A stretch of DNA of 64,000 bases from the human T2T-CHM13v2.0 reference genome, Homo sapiens. Positions 15,253-36,627 of the stretch are shown one piece after another. Position numbers and translations under genes: made by a program. The stretch is taken from NCBI RefSeq assembly GCF_009914755.1, contig NC_060925.1, one strand, 5' to 3'. Below the pieces are notes generated by a model. The model ran no database searches, was not told the DNA's origin, and was given only the letters and a program-made list of their open reading frames with translations. Each line of letters opens with the position of its first letter. Position 1 is the first letter of the stretch.

Positions 15253-15619
15253 TAGAAATGAGGAGAGGATAGGTAGAGGTTTATTTGTGCACACCAGTAT
15301 GTTTATTATTTTATATCTTGCTGAAGAAATAACCCAAAAGAAAGTTAAAATGGTCATGTACAATAACATATGTTACGTAATAATTATTTTTTTTCTAAGA
15401 AATGGTTTTATATAAAGAACATCTTCCCAAGTCATTGGCTATTAAGCAAACTCCTTTATTCAATTGCTTGGAACTATATTAAGAAAAGTGTTATAGATCA
15501 TATACTTGCTTTTACTTTTCTCCAACATGGTTATTTCCCAAGAATGTAACTCCTTTCCAGATTGATTTTTCCATTAGGTACCTTTTAATTTCTATCATTT
15601 TTTCTGCATACAAAATAAA

Positions 15620-17340
15620 TCATGTGTTTGATTCATTTATTTATTCAACAAATATGTAGTGAGCACTTACTAGAATACTAAATGCCATTGTGCTAAATGC
15701 TAGCAATAAAGCAGTGAACAAAACGGACAAAAACCTGTCATGAACTATACCTTCTGGTGGGAGAGACAGAACTGGCCAACTTAAATGAATAACATACATC
15801 GTGTGTTAGATGGTGCTACAGAGAAAAATGAAGCAGAGCAGGAGGTGGTAAGATGTGGTGGTCAAGGTTTGCAATTTTAGACAGTGTGGAAGAAAAGACT
15901 TGAAAGAATCAAGTGAGTAAACTCAGGATATCTGGGAGAAGAGCATTCTAGACAGACAGAACTGGAGGTACAAATGCCCAGAGATGGGAACATACCTAGA
16001 ATATTCAGGCAATAGCAAGGAAACCAGAGTGGTTGGATACAATGTGGACAATGCATTCTATGTGGTTGGAGCAGAGTGATGGAAGGCAATAGAATAGAAT
16101 AGTAACCAATAAGATCATTTAGATAATGATGGGCATGAGGAGGGAAGAATGTATATAATAAAGCATCTTGTAGGTCATTGGAAGAATTTTGATTTTTATT
16201 CTGAAATGAGAAACGATTATGGGGTTTTGATTCAAAGAGTAACATGGTACAACAGTTTTTAACAGGCTTATTGTGACTACTGTATTGAGAATAGGCAAAA
16301 GGAGGACATGGGCAAAATACCCTAACTGGGATACCAGTTAGGAGGTTATTGAATGTGCAAGGAAGAAAGTGATCAGATGCTGCTGATAACTCAAGTAGGA
16401 TGGAACTGAGAAATGATCATTGGATTTAGCAATGTAGAGGTTATTGATGACCTTGATAAGAATAGTTTAATGATAGGAATTCAAAAGCCTTGTTGGAGTG
16501 AGGTCCAGAGAGAACTGGAAGAGTGGAAGTGGAGGTAGCAAATATAAACTCTTTCAAGGTGGTTTGGTGTAAAGAGGAGAGAAATAGGTTGGCTGCCAAG
16601 GGGTAAAGAGAATTATTTTCTTTTTACTGAACTGGGAACATGTTTTTATGTGGTTGGATATGATCTAATAGATAGAGAAGATTGGTGATGCAGGAAGGAG
16701 AGTGAAAGAATTGCTGTAGGCAAGAGAAGATGGGATATAATTTATAATTGGAGGGTTAGCCCTAGCTAGGAGTACAAACAGTTCTTCCATAGTAACAGAT
16801 GGTGGAGTCAATGGGCACAGTTGCTGTGTAGATGTGATGGTGGGAGTTTGTGGAAGTTTTCTTCTGCTTGCTTCTATTTTGTTAGTGAAATAAGACACAA
16901 GGTCATCAAATGAGATGAGGGATAAGGGAAAAGTAGTGGATGGTTTAAGGAGAAAGAAGGTATGAAATAATTATCTTGGAGAATGTCAGAGTGAATCAAC
17001 TAAAGAAATGTGCTATGATCATCATGCATCATTAAATGCCCACATAAGGTTAGTGATCATGAATTTAAAGTAAACTTGTCAATATTGCCTGTATTCAGCT
17101 GTGTATGGTGACATGGAGTAGGTGGAGAGTAGGATTTAAGCAGAGTTCTGATTTAACCAGGCAGTATTATGAAGTAAGGTTAGGGCAAAGGAATCAGGAA
17201 TATTTACAAGGGAATAATTATAGTGGTTCATCATGGAATTTAAGTTGGGTTAGCAGGGCAATGGGGAAATGGGTAGAGGATAAAGAATAGTGAAAGGTAG
17301 TAAATAGTAGGGCATGGTTAGATAAAGAATGGTTGGAGTT
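15620..17340. mobile_element. L2 relic
   Basis: 'attcatttatttattcaacaaatatgtagtgagcacttacta' L2 terminus followed by a purine-rich body; approximate. Confidence 0.65.
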
Positions 17341-17659
17341 GAAATACTATAGAGAAGGATATCTAAGGATATATAAGATCTCTGTCAGATTCTCTGAATC
17401 TGAGCCATTGCCTGCAATTTGAAGTTGTTATAGTGATATTGCATAGCATCGTTTAAGTTTTAGAAACAAGTTTTAAGTACACGAATTGTGAACTCCCTAG
17501 ACAGTACCCAAATTTTAGTATTCTTACCTACATTATGGGCTTTGGGACTCTAAAAGGATTTTAATATTACTAAACAGAATTATATTTAACAACAGGAACT
17601 CTATTGAGTGTAATTTTTAAAAATTACTATTATTTAAAGGCCAGTGTTAAATGTGTACA

Positions 17660-17900
17660 AGGCAGCTTAGTATAGCAGGTGAGAGCATGGACCACTTAGA
17701 TTCAGTTCATGGCTTTGCTGTTTATTGGCAGTGTAATTTTGACTAAGTTAACTTAACCTCTCTGTGCCTTAGTTTTCTCAGTCTATAAAACAAGAAGATT
17801 AATAATAGATACTCACAGGGTTGCTGTGATGATTATGAGTTAACATACAGAAAGCACTTAAAATAGAGCCTGACACATAAAAGGACTACATTAGTGCTGC
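17660..17900. mobile_element. MIR
   Basis: Core 'acttaacctctctgtgccttagttttctcagtctataaaa'. Confidence 0.75.
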
Positions 17901-18187
17901 TGTAGCTGCTGTGGCTTATTAGGATTTATACTGAATTAATTCTATTGTTGTTTTTTGCTTCTTTCCAAGACTAGCATCAGAGGTGCTATACAGAGTTAAT
18001 TGTCAATTACTAGGGGAAAAGAGTTGAATATGTTGGTTATTTTAAAATTTATAGCAGAATGTGGACATAATAGACAAGAAATTTGCCATATTTATGTATT
18101 TGGAATTTTTTAGAAAGGAAAGGTGCTGTTTGAAGAAGAATATAACTTTACCCACTTTTCACACCTTTCTGTTTTGAACAATGGCAG

Positions 18188-18362
18188 AAAACAGAGAGAG
18201 GCATTCTGAGTCATCTGACTGGATGAAGACTGTTCCAAGTTACAACCAAACAAATAGCTCCATGGACTTTAGAAATTATATGATGAGAGATGAGACTCTG
18301 GAACCACTGCCCAAAAACTGGGAAATGGCCTACACTGACACAGGGATGATCTACTTCATTGA
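18188..18362 (+). CDS. MAGI3: MAGI3 coding exon (175 nt, phase 1-2; provisional exon 5), first half of WW1
   Basis: ggcag| acceptor, GA|gtaagc donor; [14 protein letters not shown]...[20 protein letters not shown](D); overlaps ORF 18181..18366. Confidence 0.96.
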
Positions 18363-19624
18363 GTAAGCAAATGTCTCTATCTCTTCTAATGTGCCCTAAC
18401 ATGTTGAGGATTGTCTAAGATTTTTTTAAACCTCATTTTAGACACATACCTTTTTCAGAAGACTCATTTTTTTTCTTTCTTTAAAAATATTTTTCATAAA
18501 ACTGACAGTTGATTTTTAATCAGATTTAATCTGACACTTCATTTTTATTTGACTTGGATAAAGGAATAGTGTATTTGACTTCTGGTTTTATAAGAGCAGG
18601 AGGATCAAAAACAGTTCACGAATGGTGAAAAATGTAAAGAATAAAGGGTATTTTGCTTGGCTTTTTAAAAAGCTTTTAGGTAGATTGTCCAGCTTAATGA
18701 GATTTCAAGAATTGTCATCATGAGTAGGAGCATATTATTATCCGAATTAAATATTTTCAGTCCTGGAGTTTGAGTTTGATGTGTTCAGGCAATATAGTTG
18801 AATGATGTAGGAAGAAAATATCACTGATCATCAGAGTAATTGGTACAAATTTAAGTTCACAAAAAACATTATTTTTATGGAAAAGCACTATTAATATAAT
18901 ATTTATAGAGATACTGATTACCATATATATTAGATCAACCTAAAATTGTATGTTGTTTGTACTAGAGAATAATATTATGCAAATAATTATTGGAAGTTTT
19001 ATCATGAAGAATTTTTATATTCTCACGTAGCTGTAATTCTCATCGTAAAGTAATTTGCCCAAAGGTAGAATATTAATGTAGTAAAGTTACAGAATATAAC
19101 AATTAAATAACGGTTAAAATATTTGGATCTAGGCACTACACTCAAAGAACATATACTCAGAAATGAATTTGGAGTGGGAGTCTTGAATCTGTTTCCTCAG
19201 ATGGTCCCAATTCCGTACCCTTCCAAAAGAGTGAGCGTCTTGCTATACCAAATAGGATTCTAGTTTTTAAAAGACACGGATCTTTGGATGTGTAGCGTTC
19301 TTTTTACTATAGATTGCACATTATTGATGAGGTTATACATTTATATAAACATTCATCACCACAATTATACAAAGCAGGTACAACCAGGTGGTATATTCTT
19401 CTTTATTGACAACTTTAAGGGATTTGTTAAGGGAAATTTAGACTTTTGACTTTCATGCTGACTTTAGAACTAAGCCCCAAAATAAGGTGTAGAGTCATTA
19501 GAAGTAGCTAAAATATCTTTAAAAACAGATTATGAGACATTTAATCTGACAGTACTTCACCCTGCAAACAGGGCTAAGTTAGTAAATTAAAGAGGGAGAA
19601 TTTATAAAAAGAAATATTTTTATA

Positions 19625-19915
19625 GTTTAATATATGTAAATGGATGAAAGATCTAAATGTAAGACCTGAAACTATAAAAAGGAAGAAAACATAGGGAAAA
19701 AGCTTTACAACATTGGATTTGCCAAGGGCTTTTTAGATATAACACCAAAAGCACAGGCAACAAAAGCCAAAGTAGACAAAAATGGACTACATCAAACTTA
19801 AAAATTTCTGCATAGCAAAGCAAGCAATCAACAGAGTGAAAAAGCAATATATAGAATAGGAGAAAATATTTATAAACCATATATATTATAAAGGGTTAAT
19901 ATGTAGAATATAGTT
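19625..19915 (+). mobile_element. L1M ORF2 fragment
   Basis: 'agatctaaatgtaagacctgaaactataaaa...ggactacatcaaact'. Confidence 0.75.
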
Positions 19916-20434
19916 AAATATTTGCTGCTAGATAAAGCTGTTTGGTTTGGTATAACCAGTATGGTTGATCTGTATTACTGCTGCTGTTGAAAAATGCAAC
20001 TGTAAGAAAATAATGTTCATATAGGTCTATAGACTTTAGTTCTTATGTTTTGGGAATAGCCCCTATGGATATTTCTTTTCATTGGAAAATTTTGGGTAAA
20101 ATTTTAGCAAATTGCCTACATCTGCTGATTTAGCAATAAAATTTTGGATCATGGGAACCTAAGTTAAGCTTTTCTCAAGTGGCAGTTTTTAGTTGGGTTT
20201 AGCAAGGTATTTTCGTGTTGTTGTTGTTCTTATTGTTGTTTCCTAACAATCTATGTGGCTCCTAGGCCCCTGAGTTCTCATCCTTTGCATTTTCTAAAAT
20301 TTTTTTTTAAGCAAAAAACTTTTAAGTTTGGGGAGATTATTTCTCTAATAGCATGAGTAATATAGACTTTCTAGAGATAATCTCACTTTTTTCTACAGAA
20401 ATAAGCTATTATTCAGCATATTAAAAAGTGTTTT

Positions 20435-20745
<311 letters not shown>

Positions 20746-21012
20746 CTATCACATTCTACCAGCTAGTATTATACCTGGCAGTGGCTGCATAGCTCTGCAA
20801 GTAGCTCAGCGGTTACAAAAGATATAGAAGATGTGAGTAATTCCCTGAAACCTTATTGGCTTCATTTCCTAAGAGTGGTCAAGGTACAGATTAGTGAGTT
20901 TATTTCATGTTAAACACACTCAGGAAATATAACTTGTTTACATTCATTGTTACTAATTAATAACAGTTAATTACTTCAGTTAAGTATGACATGGTATTCC
21001 AATAATAACTTT

Positions 21013-21281
<269 letters not shown>

Positions 21282-22186
21282 TTACATTTTATTCCCTTCC
21301 TATGTATTTTCTTCCATGACTTTTTCTTTCTTTAATATCCTTGTATGTCAGATATTTAAACTAACACTGTTTGTCCACTAAGCAATGAGATAGTTTCATT
21401 TCGGCGTTAGTATCTGCTGCATGGTGACCTGGTCTGAAACTAACTGACTATGACATATAATGAAATTAAACAGATACTGCTCTCTAAAGTCATCTTTGGC
21501 CTATATCATAAAATGAAGCAGGGGCAGGATATTTTTATTCCTCCCTTTTTTCCTGTGTGGATCATGCTGATGAAAACTTAGTTTTGTAGAGCAGAGTTTA
21601 ACTATACCTGTTGTTTTTACTTGCATGTGGCAGAAACAGCCACTTTAAAACTCTTTGTTTTATTTTATTCTATTTTATTTTAAAGAGTCCCTGAGGGCAG
21701 GAGCTCTATCTGATGTTTATTTATCTTTATATTCCAGCTTCCCACACAGTACCTACGTATCACAGGCACACAAGAAATATAGTACTTTTTGAAGGGAAGA
21801 AGAAAGGAGTTCAGCCAGTGAGCAAACAAGGTTTTCAGTGCAGTATTGTTGGCTAGATAATGCACAGTATGTGGCTATGCGCCCACCTTTTGAAACATTT
21901 TTAACTGCTTAAATAGTGTCTGTTATTCCATACTTGGCATTTTAGGCCTTCTTTAAAGTCTCTTGATTCTCAAGTTAGTGCCTCTAGCATTACCATTCCT
22001 TTATGGAAATTTTGAAGTAGACTGAGAACAATAGGGTTAATGAATGAATCTGAGGAATACAAATGGAGCCTGTTGGAGATTAATGTTCAAACATCATATG
22101 TCTTTTAGTCACTTTTAATCTTTACTTTTGAAATAATTTTCTCCTCCTTTATTTTACTGTTTCTAATTAAAATCTTTATTCTACAG

Positions 22187-22266
22187 CCACAATACCAAGA
22201 CAACCACCTGGTTGGATCCTCGTCTTTGTAAGAAAGCCAAAGCCCCTGAAGACTGTGAAGATGGAG
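22187..22266 (+). CDS. MAGI3: MAGI3 coding exon (80 nt, phase 2-1; provisional exon 6), second half of WW1
   Basis: attctacag| acceptor, GAG|gtagag donor; (D)[26 protein letters not shown]. Confidence 0.96.
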
Positions 22267-22858
22267 GTAGAGATTCAGAAACTTACTCTATCATACTTAT
22301 TCTCTTAATCCTTTCTTGCTCTTCTTGCTCAGATAATGGGTTTTTCAAAACCCTAAACAAACCATAATGTACACAAGCAAAAAAGCAGTGGGTGGATATC
22401 ATAATCAACTGATTGTGGTAATTATGTCATTACATCTAACTTTATGAGAGATTTCATTTCTTTTTCAGGATTACATAACTCTCTATAAAAAATAACAACA
22501 ACACTAAAATACATTTGCCCTTTTTTGACATCTGTCCTGAAGACAGACTTTTAAAATTCTAAATAAATATTTAAAAATTAGGCACATCCTCAACCATAAG
22601 CTAGGTCTATCATGTCTTATGAAGTTTTTAAAGTATATTTAATTTAGTATACATTACAGTAGATATGCAAGTATCTATAGCTATTCTTAGCCATTTACAG
22701 CAGCAGTAGAAATTCAAGGAAAGTCTTTAATATAGGCCCCCACACATATACACACTTACTTTTTACTGCTTAAAGGAAAAATTATTTCTCTAAGAATCAT
22801 CAGATAATAGCACTTATCTGTCCTATATATTATAGGTTATATTTAACAGTGTAGTTTT

Positions 22859-23030
22859 GAGCTGGGTGTGGTGGCACAAACCTGTAGTCCTAAAGCTATA
22901 TGGGGAGCTGAAATGGGAGGATTGCTTGAGCTCAAGAGTTTGAGATCACAGTGAGCTGTGGTCATGCTACTGCACTCCAGCCTGGGCAACAGAGAGAGAC
23001 CCTGTCTCTAAAAACTAATAAATAAACAAA
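22859..23030 (+). mobile_element. Alu right monomer (FRAM/AluJ)
   Basis: Single arm with A-rich tail. Confidence 0.8.
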
Positions 23031-23299
23031 TTGTTAAAAAGAGTAGAGTTTTGTAAATAAGTATAGAATTTATTCCATCCAAAATTGTTTGCTATGTCTT
23101 TACCTTAGGAGATGAATAAAATTTGCATTTTTGTATTACTAATCAGAAACTATGTATTAATTGGTTTTAAAAAATAAGTGGCGTAAAATGAGGTTCACAG
23201 TAGTCCTCCTTGTATTGAAGTCCAATCTATAAAAAGAAATTAAACAGAATTTCCACATATATTGTTCAGCATGATTATAATATAATATTAAGAGTTTTC

Positions 23300-25359
<2,060 letters not shown>

Positions 25360-25631
25360 GCTCAGCAGAAACCTTACATGCCAGAAGGGATTGGAGTTCT
25401 ATCTTTAACCACCTTAAACAGAATAAGTGTCAGCCAAGAATTTTGTATCCAGCAATACTAAGTTTCATAAATGAAGAAGAAATAAAGTATTTTTCAGACA
25501 AGTAAATGTTGAAGGAATTTGACATTACCAGATCAGCCCTACAAGATATGGTAAAAGGAGTTCTAAATCTTCAAACAAAAAGTTGATATGCACCAGAATA
25601 GAACCTCTTGAAAGCATGCAACTTACAGGAC

Positions 25632-25940
25632 TGCCAGGCACGGTGGCTCACACCTGTAATCCCAGCACTTTGGGAGGCTGTGGTGGGCGGATAATGAGGT
25701 CAGGAGTTCAAGACCAGTCTGACCAACATGGTGAAACCCCATCTCTACTAAAAATACAAAAATTAGCCAGACATGGTGGTGGGCACCTGTAATCCCAGCT
25801 ACTCAGGAGGCTGAGGCAGGAGAATTGCTTAAACCCAGGAGGTGGAGGTTGCAGTTAGCCAAGATTGCACCACTGTACTCCAGCCTGGGCAACAGAGCGA
25901 GACTCTGCCTGCCATCCCCCCACCCCCCCTCCAAAAAAAA
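25632..25940 (+). mobile_element. AluS with C-rich tail
   Basis: TSD aact(t/c)acaggac. Confidence 0.9.
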
Positions 25941-26656
25941 ACTCACAGGACCTATAAAGCAATAGCGCAGTAAAGAAAACAAAGTACTAGGTAACAATCA
26001 ACATGATGACTGGAATAGTACCTTATATCTCAATATTAATGTTGAATGTAAATGGTCTAAGTGCTCACTTGAAAGAAGAAGATTGGCAGAATGGATAAAA
26101 ATTCACAAACCAAATATCTGCTGTCTTCAAGAGATTCATCTAACACATAAGGATTCCTATAGACTCAACGTAAAAGAGTGGAAAAAGATATTTCACACAA
26201 ATGGAAACTCAAAGTGAGCAGGAGTAGCTATTGTTATGTCAGAGAAAACAGATTTTAAAGCAACAACAGTTAAAAAAAAAGACAAAGAAGGTCATTATAC
26301 AATGATAAAATGATCAACAAGAAGATATTGCAATACTAAATATATATACCCCTAACTCTAGAGCCCCCAGATTCATGAAACAATTACTATTAGACCTAAG
26401 AAAGGAGATATCAACACAATAATAGTAGGGGACTTCAACACTCCACTGACAGCACTAGATAGATCATTGGAGCAGAAAATCAGCAAACACTGGACTTAAA
26501 CTACACTCTAGAACAAATAAACCTGACAGATATTTACAGAACAATTCTAACCAAGAACTGCAGAATATATATTCTTCTCATCAGCACATGGAACCTTCTG
26601 CAAAGTAGACCATATGATAGGCCACAAAACAAGTCTCAATAAATTTTTAAAACTCA

Positions 26657-29936
<3,280 letters not shown>

Positions 29937-30345
29937 AAAACTCAAAATCATATGAGGTATCTTCTCAGACCACAGTGGAATAAAACTAGAAATCAACTCC
30001 TAAAGGAACCCTAAAAACTATACAAATGCATGGAAATTAAACAGTCTGCTCCTAAGTGATTTTTGGGTTAAGAACAAAATCAAGATGGAAGTGTTAAAAT
30101 TATTTGAAATGAATGATAATAGTGACATAAGTTATCAAAACCTGAGATACAGCAAAGCAGTGCTGAGAAGAAAGTTTATAGCACTAAATTGCTACATCAA
30201 AAAGTCTGAAAGATCACAAATTGACAACGTAATGTCACACCTCAAGGAACTAGAGAAACAAGAACAAACCCAAAGTTAGTGGAATAAAAGAAATAACAGA
30301 AGATCGGAGCAGAATTAAATGAAATTAAAACAAACAAAAACAGTA

Positions 30346-30636
30346 GGCCAGATACTGTGGCTCATGCCTATAAGCCCAGCACTTTAGGCGGCCAAGGCAG
30401 GCAGATTGCTTGGTAATTTGAGACCAGCCTAAGCAACATGGTGAAACCCTATTTCTACAAAAAATACACAAATTAACCAGGTATGGTGGTGCCCACCTGT
30501 GGTCCCAGCTGCTCCAGAGGCTGAGGTGGGAGGATTACTTGAGCCTGGAGGAGGCAGAGGTTGCAGTTAGACGAGACTGTCCCACTGCACTCCAGTCTGC
30601 GAAACAGAACGAGATTGTCTCAAAAAATAAAAAAAA
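30346..30636 (+). mobile_element. AluJ followed by (TG)/(TA) simple repeat
   Basis: Diverged dimer inside the L1PB. Confidence 0.85.
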
Positions 30637-30798
30637 TCAAAGTGTGTGTATGTGTATGTATACACATATATATATATGTGTATACATACACAGAAGATCA
30701 AAGAGACAAAAAGCTGGTTATTTGAAAAAGATATACAAAATTTATAGACCATTAGCTAGATTAACCAAGAAGAGAAAAAATTCAAATAAGCCCAATTC

Positions 30799-30840
30799 GA
30801 AATGAAAATGAAAATGAAATGGAAATGAAAATGAAAATGG
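30799..30840. repeat. (GAAAAT)n tandem expansion inside L1PB ORF2
   Basis: Read directly. Confidence 0.85.
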
Positions 30841-31976
30841 AGACATTACAACAAACACCACGGAAATACAAAAGATAATTTGAGGCTACTATGAATAAGT
30901 GAAATTGAAACTGTGCACACAAAGTAGAAAATCTAGAGGACTGGATAAATTCATGGAAACATACAACCCTCCTAGCTTAAATCAGGAATAAATAGAAATC
31001 CTGAACCAATAACTAGCAGTGAGATTGAATCAGTAATTTAAAAATTGCCAACAACAACAACAACAACAAAAAGCCTGAGGCCAAATGGATTTACAGCCAA
31101 ATTCTACCAGACATTCAAAGAATAATTGGTATCAATCCTACTGAAACTATTCCAAAAGATTGAGAAAGAGGGAATCTTCTCTAACTCTTTCTATGAAGCC
31201 AGTATCACCCTGATACCAAAACCGGGAAAGGACCTAACAAAAAAATAAAACTATAGACCAGTATCCCTGATGAAAATAGAAAGACCCCAAAAGCAAATGC
31301 AACAAAAACAAAAATAAATGCGACCTAATTAAACAAAAAAGCTTCTACACAGCAAAAGAAATAATCATAAGAGTAAACTGACAACCTTCAGAATGGGAGA
31401 AAATATTTGCAAATTATGCATCCGACAAAGGACCAATATCCAGAATCTACAAGGAACTCAAACAAGTCAGAAAAATAAATAAATAAAACCCACCAAATAA
31501 TGCCACCAAAAGGTAAAAAGTGGACAAATTACATGAATTGGCATATCTCAAAAGAAGATACACAAATGGCCAACAAACATATGAAAAAAAATGCTCATCA
31601 TCAGGGATGCGTAAATTAAAACCACAATGAGATACCACCTTATTCCAGCCAGAGTAATAAGTCAAAAAGCAATAGATGTTGGCATGGGTGCAGTGAAAAG
31701 AGAACACTTATACACTGCTGGTTGGAATGTAAATTAGTACAGCCTCTATGGAAAACAGTATGGAGCATTCTTAAAGAACTAAAATTAGATCTACCATTTG
31801 ATCCAGGAATCCCACTCCTGGGCACCTATCCAAAGAAAAAGAAGTCATTATATCAAAAAGACACCTGCTTATGTATGTCTATCATAGCATAATTCATAAT
31901 TGCAAACATGTGGAACCAACTTAGGAACCAACCTAAGTACCCATCAAATGATGAGTGGATAAATAAAATGTGGTAT

Positions 31977-32381
<405 letters not shown>

Positions 32382-32700
32382 TCATTATTCTAAGTGACTC
32401 AGGAATGGAGAACCAAATACTCTATGTTCTCACTTATAAGTGGCAGCTAAGCTATGGGTACACAAAGACAAACAAAGTCGTATAATAGACATTGAAGATT
32501 CAGAAGGGAGGAGGGTCGGATGGGGGAAGGGATAAAAACTACATATTGGGTATAATGTACACTACTTGGGTGATGGGTGCACTAAAATCTCAGATTTCAC
32601 CACTATACAGTTCATCCATGTAACCAAAAACCACTTATACCCTGATATAAATATACATATATAATATATAATATATGTAATATTATTTTTAGATATAGTA

Positions 32701-33958
<1,258 letters not shown>

Positions 33959-34802
33959 TAATTTTTAAAATAATTTTTATACCGTAGTTGTTTATAAAGC
34001 TTTCCATAGTAAGTTCCTTCTTATGGTGAAATCAGCCATTCTAAAGGCAAACTAGAATATATAATACTATAGAATTTGACTTTTTTTATTGTGAACATGG
34101 TATTTGTCTTCTAGAGCATGTCCCTTTTACTGGCTTCCATTCTTTTTCCTGGTCCCTAATTGTTTCAGTTCAGTTTTCTGCCTTTTCTTGTTTTCTTTTG
34201 TAGAAAGCATTTATTCTCATAGCTTTATCAGTTTACTATAGCCTGCCCCATTATCAAAATCTCTAGTATTGTCCTTTGTTCTGAATTATATTTCTGTTTC
34301 CTCTTGCTTTTGAGTCTTTGTTTTGATTTCCCTACTAATACTTCAAATAAGCTTATTTAAAACTAAATTGACATCTTTCTCCTAATACAACCCGTCCCTC
34401 TTTCTGTCATATACGTACCATTCTCATAATCATCTATGCCAAAATCTTTGCAATTATGTTTGCCTGTTCCTCTCTTCTTGCTCTACTTCCTGATTTAGTT
34501 TTCACGTCCTGTTGCTTTTTCTTTTTTCTCTTTTTGCCAATATATTATTATGCAAAAGTTTCAACATATAGGAAAATGAAAAGAATCATACAGTGAACAT
34601 ACATATGCCCACCACTAGGATATTACAATTAACATTTTGCTACATTTGCTTCTTCACATGATTATTCATTTATTCTTTCTCTATCTGTGATTTTTCTTTT
34701 ATATTATATATTCCTTTCCATTCTCCTAATCACTACACACTTGGATTATTCTTGGTCTTTCTTCCTCCAGTTATTTCTCTCTCTTTAATACATCTTTTAT
34801 GC

Positions 34803-35421
34803 CAGTGGTTTTCAAAATGATCATACTCAAACTATCTACTGGTACCCAGTAGAATATATTAGAACTAATTTTTCATAATGTTGTTACTGAAAGAAAAAGA
34901 AACAAACTAAGCTTCACTACTATTTTACATACAGATTGGTAATGGCATTCTTACTGATTCCGTATGTCGGATTATCACATACTCTAACCAGAGTGCCTTG
35001 AGGGAGGGATGGATGAGACACCTTTGCTCTTTTTTCAAGGACACTGTGAAATTTTACAGTTGATTTGTGCCCAGTTAAGTGGATTTATAGACTAGTTATA
35101 TAGTTTTTAAACTAACCTCACATAAAATGGAAATGTCACTTTAAAAGATTTCTACAAAAACACTACTGATTGAAGATGATACAAATAGGCAAACCCAGAC
35201 TAATAGCAAGAAAATGGAAGAACCGATACTGTTTGTGTATCATATATGACCATATATAAGCTTTTTTCAACTTCAAGGTAAAATCATGATAATTGCTTGT
35301 TTAATCACCTCCTTTAAAAACATCTATTTTTGTATATGTTTTATTATATACATATTAGAAGAGGGGCAGATGTCAGATTTTTTACTAAAAAGGCTACATG
35401 ATCAAAAAACCTTGGAGATAT
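34803..35421. mobile_element. Possible hAT-Charlie MER relic
   Basis: Starts with TIR-like CAGTGGTTTTCAAA; right end degenerate. Confidence 0.4.
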
Positions 35422-35894
35422 TATGTAAGACCAAATTAATCTTTCTAAAACTAATTTTCTATCTATCTCTCCCTTGCTGTCCATTGTCAGCAGAGTAAAG
35501 TCCAGACTCCTTGGTTAAGTATTAAAGATTTTTTATAATTGAATCATATTCTATATTTATTTTTCAAAGTATTCTCATGTCATAAATCTGACATATTTTT
35601 CGTCTTTGCCATATACCCATTTCTTCTGCCAGGAATCAGTCTTGTTTCCTGTGTCTACCTGGCTCATACCTATTATCCTTCGAAGCTCCAATCTAAAGTA
35701 TAATTTCTTTGTAGCCCCTTCTGTCATTTTCTTGCAAGTCAGAAGTAGACGTCCTCTCCTCTGTGCTCAGTAGTACCATATGACATGTCTCTCTTGTAGC
35801 AGTTATATTGCATTGTAACTAGATACCACACTCAGAGCAATGATTTTTGACACATTCATCTGTATATCCTTTCAGTAGAGACTTCAATGTTTGA

Positions 35895-35967
35895 AAAGAG
35901 GGAAAGAGGGAAGAGAGGGAGGGAGGGAAGAAGGGAAAAGGAAGAGAAAGGGAAAAAAAGAAAGAAG
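35895..35967. repeat. GA-only polypurine tract
   Basis: Read directly. Confidence 0.85.
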
Positions 35968-36502
35968 CTACTCTATCCTCCAGATTATTTTGGTCGCCCT
36001 TTTGGAAATACTTTTCAATCTCTATAAGGCTCTGAGGGGCCAATAAATAATAAGCCCGTCTTCATTCACCAGTTTATAGTCAATAGAGAAATAAGACACC
36101 AGAGACAGACAGATGAAGTCAGAATGTCAGCAAATGAATGTTAGCCCTGCATGTACATGGCCTTGCTGTTATTTTACCCCTGCAGGAGGGAGACATGAGT
36201 ACTTAGTCTTTGGCCTCTGTGTTCAACTGCAAGCCTCCTCCCAACGGGCAGACATGGCAGAGAACAGACCAGAATACGCCTCTGCAGGCAGGCTGTTAAC
36301 CAAAACAGTGAGAGAACTCAAGAGTCCCTGAGCCAAGCATATTGAGTTCATTGTGTAAAACTCCCCAGTCAGATAAGACATTCTTTCTTCCTTGGGGAAG
36401 AAAGTGAAGGGGCTCCGAGAAACTGGAAATGTTCCTCCCATTCTTTATTCTCTAAGGAATTTGAAGAATTGGATGAACATTTCCCCCTAATGCTCTTTAC
36501 AT

Positions 36503-36627
36503 TAAGGCTGAACATATGTCTTGGTTGGCCCAGGACTGATCCAGCTTTTTCCTGTTGCCCCAACATAATTATTAATAGTATCCCCTTTTATTCTCAAAAG
36601 TGGACAGTACATTTTATGATCATCCTA
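36503..36627. mobile_element. MER81-like hAT DNA transposon (MITE)
   Basis: Degenerate TIRs and internal 'aattattaatag...ctcaaaagtg' as in the recalled MER81 consensus. Confidence 0.7.

Noticed and set aside
18181-18366. 61-aa ORF starting at ATG as a stand-alone gene or alternative start
   Set aside because: The ATG lies within the acceptor (atggcag|) and the stop within the donor; it is the internal exon 18188-18362.
36113-36566. Cluster of short ORFs and a cctgcag acceptor in apparently non-repeat DNA
   Set aside because: No recognisable protein similarity and no convincing donor.
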